A stretch of DNA of 19,098 bases, taken from positions 1 to 19,098 of the forward strand of contig CDRNVI010000226.1 of assembly GCA_977017575.1 (NCBI GenBank), written 5' to 3'. This stretch comes from Paramoeba atlantica. Its lineage: Eukaryota > Protista > Discosea. The notes beneath the pieces are model-generated. The model saw only the letters and a list, made by a program, of their open reading frames with translations. It was not told the origin of the DNA and ran no database searches. This document shows, one piece after another, positions 8,257-15,851 of the stretch. Within the stretch, counting starts at the first letter, position 1, and each line of letters begins with the position of its first letter. The position numbers and the translations under genes are program-made.

Positions 8257-11121
8257 TCAGTTCCTATCAAAGACAGCTTCCATCCCATCCTCTTCAGAGT
8301 GACTTGCTGCCGTCGCAATCGCGTCTGACCTCTTGTTGAATTCGCGATACACATGAGTGTACTCCACTTTGGCAACTTTACTCTCAGCAATATTTCTGAT
8401 CTCAGATAGGATCTCATTGAGCTCAAAGTTATCAATCGGTTTTGTCTTAGGCGCTGCCTCAGTCAGAATTTTACAATCTCCCACCATCTCTACACGTTGC
8501 CCAAAGCCAATAACTTGTTGTAGACCAGCTAAGCATCCCGAAAACTCACCCAAATTATTTGAGCCTAGTGGGATTGTTTCAAATCCACCTCCAACCTCCA
8601 AACCTTCCTTAATAATCACATACCCAGCTCCCCCGATGTGGGGGTCTACACGCCCAGAGCCATCATAAAACACTTGCAAGGCAGGGTACTTGAACTTTGG
8701 TTGTTTCACTTCTCTTTTACCTTTGGGGGGAGCCTTTCTTACAGTTTGTTTGGGGATCATCTTGTTTGTCTTAGCAATTTCATCAAAAATTTTAACAGCA
8801 AAGCTTGGGGACTTCGATCCTTCTGCACATACAGTGATCCACAAGCTCAATAGGGCTGCACTCACTGCAGATGCTTCAGCCTTCTTTAGATACTGGTTCG
8901 TAAATCCACACACAAAGTCGGCACTCTCCCACCCAGGAATCTTTAAAACAAAGCATCTCCTTCCAATAGTTTTCAAAATTGCCTTAGCTTTCAGACATTC
9001 TTCAAGGAGGTGCACCCTTGACTCTTTGGCTTTCCTACACAGCCGACAAAGTGGACTCACAGATGTAAAATGGGCAATCTTATCCACAGTTGGAAGACCC
9101 CTCAAAAAGAACTTCAAAAGGTTCCGCTTAATCTGGGGTCTTTGTGGAAGAGACAAATTATAGATCACACATTTCAAGCACCCATCCCCCACATAGAAAT
9201 TCTCCACTCCCACAGAAATGTTCCGAGAGAGGAGAGAGAAGGATCTCTTGGTTTTGGAGCCCATCCTCACTTGTTCTGAGATAGCACCACTAGCTTCCAA
9301 TGCATCAATCCTCATGGCCCCAATGGACAATGGATTCCTATAATGATCTTGGAGAGGTTTCTTCGATATCAACAGAGCCCAGTTAAACAGAATAGGGTGT
9401 CTAACTTGGGGTTTTTCAAAGAAAGGGGGACGAAGGGAGGTCATTACACAGGACTTTAGATTTGCATATGCGCCTAAGGCTGAACGAATGGTCTTCCACA
9501 TCTTTGAGGAGACAGCTTTCGAGATAAGCTTGAATCTTGCCAAATAACCCATACAAGGAATAAGGTAAGTATTGATCATCCGGACTCTCTCCTTGAAGCT
9601 GCCTTTCCTTTGCTTAATTGCTGTTCCAACCTTCCGCATTTTCTTGATCACCCCTTCCCAGTCTTTAGTTGGGTTCATTCTTCGAGAAATTGTAACTCCC
9701 AAGTACACAGTCTCCTCTCCCAAATAATTAGCTGACAGCATTTCAACCCAAGGGCCCACAGGAGAGAATTTTTCAGTTGACAAAACAAAGCATTTGTTGT
9801 AGTTGAGTTTGGCTCCGGTTCCTTGTTCATATTTTTGGAAAGTTGAGGTCAAGGAATTTATGGATTGGACCCTGTGAAGGAGAAGGGCTAAGTCATCCAT
9901 GAACCCAGCAAGCTTCTCAAGGTCACCCCCATTGTTCAAACTAACCAATAAAACATCAAAAAGGATAATGAACAGAAGAGATGAAATGGGGCAGCCTTGT
10001 CGCACACCAGTCCGGCTCTTGATGGCTTCCTTCTGTGTCTTATCATTCGATCCTACAGTTGGGAGCCATGTATCTGACTCTCGCAGTACTTTAGATACAA
10101 CTTCAAGGGCTTGGGGTGGAGCATTCAACCCAATCAGCAACTCCATAAGGGCTTCACGGTTAACATAGTCATAGGCCTTACAGAAATCAGTTTGGAGGAT
10201 GGTCACGTCTTTGCCCTCCGCTACCGCTTCCATAAACCCATCATGTATCGATTCCACTGCATTATCAATGGACCTTCCAGCAAATATAGCATTTTGTTCC
10301 GGGGAAATCAACTCTCTGGCACTCTCCATCAGCCATTTGGCCCAATATCTCATCACAATCCGATAATCAGAATTGGTAATACTTATTGGTCGAAATTGGT
10401 CAGGACGAGGAATATTCTCAATCTTAGGTAGTAACACAAGCTGACTCTCCCCAAACGACCCAGGGAAATCCATTGATTCCCCAGCTCTCTGGATAAGTTC
10501 ACACCACATATCACACAGCTGTTCACTTGTCACTCTGTAGAGAGCAAAGGGGATACCATCTGGGCCAGCGCTCGAATTATTGCACCGTCGCAGCAATTTA
10601 TCAACCTTGGCCCCATCAACAACATGGTAATCAACCTTAGGAAACCGAGGTTTATGGTTCTCAATCAGCTTCTGGAGAGAGTCCTTGTTGTATGGCCTCA
10701 CTGAGCCCAAAAGATTCCCCCAAAATTCTTTAATTGCTTTCTGGACCACACCATTATCTCTGGAAATGACCCCATCCACAACAATTCCTTTAACCCTTGG
10801 GGAAGATCTCGCTTTAGGCCTCGCAGGGTGACTGTCAATAAAGATCCCCAACTGCCCTTCAATACATTCAATCTTCTTGAGCGCTGCAGAAATCATTCTG
10901 GGGATTATTCTTCTCCTCCACGACTTCCCTTCCTTCGGACCCTTCCAACCAAGGGAGGCTTGGTCCAACAGACCCATTTCAAGGGAAGAGTATGGCCTCT
11001 GGACCGTAGATTTCCTAAGAATGCGAGAATTGCGAAGGGATCTTACAAGAGAGTGGATCTTCCACAGTTCTCTGAACAAAGCCGCCTCAGTGTTTCTTTC
11101 TCTCCAGTAGGGAACTAATTC
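8257..11121 (-). CDS. ORF2 segment: reverse transcriptase, CCHC zinc finger and RNase HI
   Basis: RT motifs SAGPDGI, FRPISITNSDYRI, DFCKAYD, GVRQGCPIS, FMDD (9903-9892), YLGV. C-x2-C-x8-H-x4-C finger CRLCRKAKESRVHLLEEC (9048-8995). RNase H motifs FYDGSG, SNNLGEF, VGDCK, HVYREFNKRSDAIA (from 8673). The ORF-track start at 11079 is a TTG; the frame is open back to the TAG at 11124-11122. Confidence 0.95.
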   Translation of the reverse strand, partial: ELVPYWRERNTEAALFRELWKIHSLVRSLRNSRILRKSTVQRPYSSLEMGLLDQASLGWKGPKEGKSWRRRIIPRMISAALKKIECIEGQLGIFIDSHPARPKARSSPRVKGIVVDGVISRDNGVVQKAIKEFWGNLLGSVRPYNKDSLQKLIENHKPRFPKVDYHVVDGAKVDKLLRRCNNSSAGPDGIPFALYRVTSEQLCDMWCELIQRAGESMDFPGSFGESQLVLLPKIENIPRPDQFRPISITNSDYRIVMRYWAKWLMESARELISPEQNAIFAGRSIDNAVESIHDGFMEAVAEGKDVTILQTDFCKAYDYVNREALMELLIGLNAPPQALEVVSKVLRESDTWLPTVGSNDKTQKEAIKSRTGVRQGCPISSLLFIILFDVLLVSLNNGGDLEKLAGFMDDLALLLHRVQSINSLTSTFQKYEQGTGAKLNYNKCFVLSTEKFSPVGPWVEMLSANYLGEETVYLGVTISRRMNPTKDWEGVIKKMRKVGTAIKQRKGSFKERVRMINTYLIPCMGYLARFKLISKAVSSKMWKTIRSALGAYANLKSCVMTSLRPPFFEKPQVRHPILFNWALLISKKPLQDHYRNPLSIGAMRIDALEASGAISEQVRMGSKTKRSFSLLSRNISVGVENFYVGDGCLKCVIYNLSLPQRPQIKRNLLKFFLRGLPTVDKIAHFTSVSPLCRLCRKAKESRVHLLEECLKAKAILKTIGRRCFVLKIPGWESADFVCGFTNQYLKKAEASAVSAALLSLWITVCAEGSKSPSFAVKIFDEIAKTNKMIPKQTVRKAPPKGKREVKQPKFKYPALQVFYDGSGRVDPHIGGAGYVIIKEGLEVGGGFETIPLGSNNLGEFSGCLAGLQQVIGFGQRVEMVGDCKILTEAAPKTKPIDNFELNEILSEIRNIAESKVAKVEYTHVYREFNKRSDAIATAASHSEEDGMEAVFDRN

Positions 11122-12318
11122 CTAAGCTGTGGTCTTAAATCTGGTCAAAAACTCGTTGGGATCATCACCCTCGGAGAAGGTACCCATCCTCTCAATAAGA
11201 GTGTTGATGAACCCATGGTCATTAATCAGATACTCAGGGATGGATTTCTTATTCGCCCGAATCTCCCATTCCTTAAACGAGGATCCTCCAATCAGCAGTG
11301 CATGATCTTTAAAGCCGGACGGGATGGCATTGATAAACAAACGTTTTAATAGAGCCTTGGACAAGAAGAAGATATGGTCGATACACCTCCCTTTATAATG
11401 GGTAGGTTCATCCCATTTCAAGCGTGACATACAGAGAGAAGCACAACACTTTTCAATTTCCCCCATCTGTTTTTCCTTCACATCCCAATTGAAATCACCC
11501 CCAAAGATATTTATGCTCCTGGGGTTCTGGCCGAAGAAACGAGCGGCCTCCTGCGAGATGGTGGCTACTTTGAGGTCAGGGTGACGGTATATATTCAGGA
11601 CGGAATAGTTCGTCGATCCAATAGTCACATGGGCACCAAATAATCCACTCATGGTCTGGTCAAAGAAACAGGGAGAGATCTCTTTCACCCCCTCCATCCG
11701 CCTAACACCAATGAGCAGACCCCTCCTCTTCCCAGAGGAGTTGTCTCTCAACCAGATATACTTCCTCAATTGGTTCCTGATAAGATCGAGGTCACTTTCA
11801 AAATCAGAGTGAGATTCTTGAATCAAAATGAAAAGAGGCCGACAACTCCCAGCCATCTTCCGAAGGGTTCTCAATTTTTCAAAATTTTGAATCCCATTCA
11901 TGTTCCAGGAAATAACACGTGCATCAGGAAACCTACGTTCATCACTCTCACTTAAATTAGCTGAGGACCTATCACGGGGGTCAACTCCAGGCTCACTCGG
12001 AGGACCTGATGGGAGGCACTCTGACTGGGATACATTAGGCAAGTTTGTTGTTGGGGGAGGAGCTACCTGGGGGCCCACACCAAAGCTACTTCTAATATCC
12101 ACCAATCCCTTTTCCTTTCTCTTCTTATTCTTCTTCTTCCTGAGTTTAGTTATTTTTTTTTTTTTTTTTTTGTGTTTTTGTGTTTTTGTGTTTTTGTGTT
12201 TTTGTGTTTTTGTGTTTTTGTGTTTTTTTTTTTTAAACGACTGACTTCCCTCCCTCACTTTCTCTCCTTGCTTGGGTTGTTCTGGCAAACTCCTCGTTCG
12301 TTTCGATCTCCATAGCAT
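11122..12318 (-). CDS. ORF2 segment: apurinic-like (APE/EEP) endonuclease preceded by a K-rich and P/S-rich leader
   Basis: Motifs ISWNMNG, LIQESH, NIYRHP, GGDFN, IDHIF, DH. Same frame as RT, separated only by a TAG. The only ATG before motif I is at 12318, inside ORF1. Confidence 0.92.
   Translation of the reverse strand: MLWRSKRTRSLPEQPKQGEKVREGSQSFKKKKHKNTKTQKHKNTKTQKHKKKKKKITKLRKKKNKKRKEKGLVDIRSSFGVGPQVAPPPTTNLPNVSQSECLPSGPPSEPGVDPRDRSSANLSESDERRFPDARVISWNMNGIQNFEKLRTLRKMAGSCRPLFILIQESHSDFESDLDLIRNQLRKYIWLRDNSSGKRRGLLIGVRRMEGVKEISPCFFDQTMSGLFGAHVTIGSTNYSVLNIYRHPDLKVATISQEAARFFGQNPRSINIFGGDFNWDVKEKQMGEIEKCCASLCMSRLKWDEPTHYKGRCIDHIFFLSKALLKRLFINAIPSGFKDHALLIGGSSFKEWEIRANKKSIPEYLINDHGFINTLIERMGTFSEGDDPNEFLTRFKTTA
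12151..12234. repeat. Inter-ORF A-rich microsatellite, minus strand: poly(A)-(AAAAACAC)6-poly(A)
   Basis: GTGTTTTT x6 at 12172-12219 flanked by T runs; begins at the ORF1 stop. Confidence 0.9.
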
Positions 12319-14506
12319 CCCCCTCTTCCTCCTCTTCTCCTTCCACTCTCATATCTGACCCTTCAACCGAAAAGAGAAAGGGGACACCATCTTGGACACC
12401 ACTGCCTCTTTTCTCGGGTTTTTCCATAAGTGGATGAACAAAACCCACCCCTTCCTCATTTGGAAATTTCACTGACTTTCTTTCCCCGCTCTCCTTTTCT
12501 TGTGCGATTTTTCTTTTCTTTTGCGATATTTTTCCCTTTTCCTCCTCACTCTCATTCTTTCCTTTCTCCCACCCTACTCTAACATTAATCACCTCTTCTG
12601 ATCCGCCCTTCTTCCTCTTAGTGCATCCTGTCTTCACAAGGTACTCAACCAAATAGAAAGCTTGACGCCTTAATCTCCTATCCTCTAGGAAAATTGAGCC
12701 ATTCTCCAACCCCTCATAAACTCTTCCGAAATCCTCGGTTGCGCTTGCCCATTCGATGTTCAGGTTCAATTTCTTTAACATTGATTTCGCCTCCCTTCTA
12801 TTGTCAGGTTCCTCCACCAATCCATTTTCGACCGGTAAATCTTCTTCGTTGATAAAGATGGGAGCAGGGCCGGAAACAGGTTGGCTTCTTCTGTTCTCCT
12901 TCTTCTGGATCACAGAATCAGCGCAATTTCTTGACTTGCCCACAGTCTCTTTTGATGAAGAAGCAGACTTAAAGGAAGAGACTACTGGGTTGGAACATGT
13001 GTTCACCGATGTCCGGGTACCCTTCTTTTTTGGTTGAGCTTGCGGTCGCTGGGCTGGCAATATGGGGGGCACTGAGAATCCACTAACTTGTTTGCTGCTC
13101 CCATTTATCGTTTTAATTTTCGAAAAGGTTTTGGTCCCGATGGGAGAAAACGAACTCGTCTTACTCAGAGCTGCAGCATCTCGCTTGACTGGACCCACAG
13201 AGGAACTCCTTTGGACAGCTGATCCCTTAGTTGTGGAAGAAGGTACTTTGAAGTTATTGGGTACAACTTCATAACTCTTCTTCACAGGAGGGGGGCCCTT
13301 CGGAGGGGTAGGTTCAGCAGGAATAACATTAGGTGAGCGAGACACCAACCCTTGGCCACCAGCATTACGCACAGGTAAATTTGAGCCATCTTTTTTAACA
13401 CCAATGGGGGAGAGACCTTCAGCAGGCTTAGAAGCTTGTGACTTGGGGGGAGTTTGATCTTTTCTCTCAGGGCCCACCACCATAGACTCACCAGTATTAC
13501 CGAGGGGGGCACAGGATGAGGGGACTCCTTCAGGCGAGACGAAGTTAAATTGCACACCATCTCTGGCAGCTTGTTTTCTTATCTTAACTCCTTTGGGGTC
13601 GCGGGTGTTGATCGAGTACATTTCCGTTCTCGCCATATTGCCAACTTCACTTGGATCCTTTTTTTGTAAAATTTCAAATAAACAATCCAAACAAGCAGGA
13701 TGGTTAATTTGGCAAGTGGGGCATTTCACCACTTTATCAAAGGGCCTCGATGGGGTCCAAACAGAAACTCGAACTTGAGTATCGCTAATCCCCAACCACC
13801 CTTTGGTGTGGGTGATGAGACGGACAAGGTTAATGGGGATTTGGGTGTAAACCAAAACAATACAATTTTGGGCTATTTGAACTACTTCCTTCAAGTTATG
13901 TCTCGGAAGAGAATTTGGGCCAGCAAAAAGATTCTGGATCCACTCCACACCCTCGGCTTTGAAGGGAACCCTGATTTTGAGCCCCCACAATTTTGCGTCC
14001 TCGTTGTTCCTCCAGACAAAGGATTTCTTGAGTTTTTTTGCCAATTCGTCGCCTTTGTTCAAAAACTCTTTTTCTACACTGGCAGCATCCATGTTCTCGA
14101 GCGCTGAGATCACAAAATGGCCCTGCTTGACATTCACAAAAATCTTCCCTTTAAGAGAAGTCACATTTTCAATCGTTTTGATAACCTCGTTGAAGTTGGG
14201 AAGTCCCGGTCTAAAATCCAGTGATCCCACTAACTTTGTTGGTCTCGACTTGGCTCCAACAACAGTTTTTGGGTTCAGGCGCACGACTAAACCTTGGTAT
14301 AGTCTGACATTGTTCCGATCAATCTCGTGTAACACATCGCTGAGACCTTTGGAGGCTGGAAAGCCTTCCTTGGTTTCGAGAGGTCTTTTCTTTCTTTCAC
14401 TTTTTTTAACAACTTGAGCAAATGATTCACTATCCGCTCGTCCTGACCAGGCGTTTCTGGCAGGAAAACCCTCTCCTTCCTTTACACTGGGTGAAGAGGT
14501 TTCCAT
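12233..14506 (-). CDS. Retrotransposon ORF1 (gag-like), 757 aa from the first ATG, with an atypical Cys/His knuckle
   Basis: Uninterrupted ORF directly upstream of the APE domain. CPTCQINHPACLDC at 13723-13682, followed by a long low-complexity P/S/K region. The track start at 14533 is a TTG; the first ATG is 14506. Confidence 0.85.
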   Translation of the reverse strand: METSSPSVKEGEGFPARNAWSGRADSESFAQVVKKSERKKRPLETKEGFPASKGLSDVLHEIDRNNVRLYQGLVVRLNPKTVVGAKSRPTKLVGSLDFRPGLPNFNEVIKTIENVTSLKGKIFVNVKQGHFVISALENMDAASVEKEFLNKGDELAKKLKKSFVWRNNEDAKLWGLKIRVPFKAEGVEWIQNLFAGPNSLPRHNLKEVVQIAQNCIVLVYTQIPINLVRLITHTKGWLGISDTQVRVSVWTPSRPFDKVVKCPTCQINHPACLDCLFEILQKKDPSEVGNMARTEMYSINTRDPKGVKIRKQAARDGVQFNFVSPEGVPSSCAPLGNTGESMVVGPERKDQTPPKSQASKPAEGLSPIGVKKDGSNLPVRNAGGQGLVSRSPNVIPAEPTPPKGPPPVKKSYEVVPNNFKVPSSTTKGSAVQRSSSVGPVKRDAAALSKTSSFSPIGTKTFSKIKTINGSSKQVSGFSVPPILPAQRPQAQPKKKGTRTSVNTCSNPVVSSFKSASSSKETVGKSRNCADSVIQKKENRRSQPVSGPAPIFINEEDLPVENGLVEEPDNRREAKSMLKKLNLNIEWASATEDFGRVYEGLENGSIFLEDRRLRRQAFYLVEYLVKTGCTKRKKGGSEEVINVRVGWEKGKNESEEEKGKISQKKRKIAQEKESGERKSVKFPNEEGVGFVHPLMEKPEKRGSGVQDGVPFLFSVEGSDMRVEGEEEEEGDAMEIETNEEFARTTQARRESEGGKSVV

Positions 14507-14590
14507 AATATTTTTTGTGGCAACCAGCCACAAGAATACACACTACAACAAAAGATAGGAAATTCAGACAATTGTATCTTGAACCCCCTA

Positions 14591-14610
14591 TTTTTTTTTT
14601 TTTTTTTATT
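14591..14610 (-). other. Extra AAT-A17 tract between the 5' TSD and the element's unique 5' end (TAGGGGGTTC...)
   Basis: T17 at 14591-14607 plus att at 14608-14610. Confidence 0.8.
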
Positions 14611-14640
14611 TATAAACCCTAAACCCTAAACCCTAAACCC
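14611..14640. repeat. Interstitial telomeric tract (TAAACCC)4, including the 5'-side TSD 14611-14623
   Basis: Four perfect units at 14613-14640 in the same orientation as the terminal array, followed by a near-unit TGAA. Confidence 0.93.
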
Positions 14641-15249
14641 TGAATGTTTGAGCACCAGGGAGGATTTCAAGACTGAATCAACATTCAGAAGTGATTTTCT
14701 CAATTCACTATATGGCAGGTTTGGAGTAGTCATGGACATTGAGATTGTTGCTCTGTAGTCTTGATGTCAGAGAAATGTTGCCTTGACCTTGTGTATGATT
14801 GTTGAATTTTCAATCACACCACCATGTTTTTGGACTTGAATCAGAATTGAATCAATTTTGTTGATAAAATTGGTGGCACTCATATCCAGTTCATACTGCA
14901 AGGAATTAAACTTAACAATCCACAACTGAGCCTCAGCAGTGGCTTTATGTTCATATTTTGTTTTTAAAGCAGTTCACACCTTTTTGGGATCACCTTAAAC
15001 ATTCTTCTTATCATCAACAACAAAGAAGACATTCCCTTTGGTTGAGTTTAGAATAAACCCAAAAACATACTTTCTATTTCTTATCACCACAGCTTCTGCA
15101 CCTGCATCAAAGTCATCTGTTAAGTACAACAAAGCTCTGAATTCATCAATCCTTTGTTCCATTTTTGATTGCCAGAGTTTAAATACTTCATCCTTCTTTT
15201 CAGAGAAGGTCCACTGGGGTTTCAACTTTCCCACAAGAGACTCAACCAT
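14641..15249 (-). pseudogene. Ty1/copia-type gag remnant (UBN2/Retrotran_gag_2-like), three in-frame stops, 3'-truncated at the telomeric tract
   Basis: One frame for 203 codons: FKLWQSKMEQRI...DPKKV*TALKTKYE...KFNSLQY...FINKIDSILIQVQKHGGVIENSTIIHKV...YSELRKSLL. Stops at 14997-14995, 14976-14974 (at the typically conserved Trp) and 14769-14767. Family call is by motif recognition only. Confidence 0.72.
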
Positions 15250-15352
15250 AGAGAGCTCACTAGACTCTTAATCTAAACGAATCCATGAACAACACAGCCA
15301 CACAAACACAATTCAATACAGGGAATTTACAGACTGATTTATTGATAAGAAA

Positions 15353-15376
15353 ATAAACAAGTTGTCACCATGTTAT
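15353..15376 (-). other. Candidate LTR 3' end / primer-binding-site junction (ATAACA|TGGTGAC)
   Basis: CA followed by TGG about 120 nt upstream of the gag ATG, as expected for a 5' LTR-PBS junction. The tRNA match is unverified and no second LTR is present. Confidence 0.3.
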
Positions 15377-15851
15377 CATAATGTTGCATCTTGTCACAAG
15401 GCAAAGTGGTAAGCAGTTTGTACATCATTGTAAGGAAACAACAAGCCAATAGAATGAGGAAAACTTCAAAAGAAAGGTTTCAATTCATTTTGATCATCTA
15501 AACAATTCATTCTTCTGATTTTCTTATTAATAAATCAGTCTATAAATCTCCTGTATCAAATTGTATTTGTATGGCAGTGTTGTTCATAGATTCATTTGGT
15601 TTTCTTTTTTCTTTCCTCACTTTTGCTTTTTTTTCACTCCTTTGCATCTTCCACATAACTCTACTACTTTTTTATATCTTTGTTCAAAGCTTTCCAAAAG
15701 AAAAAAAAAATTGCTAATTCAATCTTTTGTTTTTTTTTTGGATTTGTGAAAAAAAAGCTACTACTGGTAAAAGCCAACTGCCATGTTTCACTTCTTATGA
15801 ATGGTACAATATTTAAATTAACACAAAAAGTGATTCATTTTATTTAAAAAT

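Larger units (their letters stand above)
7658..14610 (-). mobile_element. Apparently full-length non-LTR (LINE) retrotransposon, L1/Tx1-like RT, APE-type with RNase H, inserted at a telomeric tract
   Basis: ORF1 plus APE/RT/CCHC/RNase H coding frame, AATAAA, A11 tail, 13-bp TSD, and clearly higher GC than the flanks. Confidence 0.95.

Noticed and set aside
8257-11121. Telomerase (TERT), Penelope-like or group II intron RT
   Set aside because: The APE endonuclease, L1-type RT motifs, CCHC finger, poly(A) tail and TSD identify a LINE.
12228-12240. Canonical -1 slippery heptamer (TTTAAAA) at the ORF1 stop
   Set aside because: It is not in X XXY YYZ phase with ORF1, and the required shift into ORF2 is +1.
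7889-14417. Plus-strand ORFs within the LINE (e.g. 8690-9163, 13959-14417) as antisense genes
   Set aside because: They are shadows of long minus-strand ORFs, with no motifs or independent signals.
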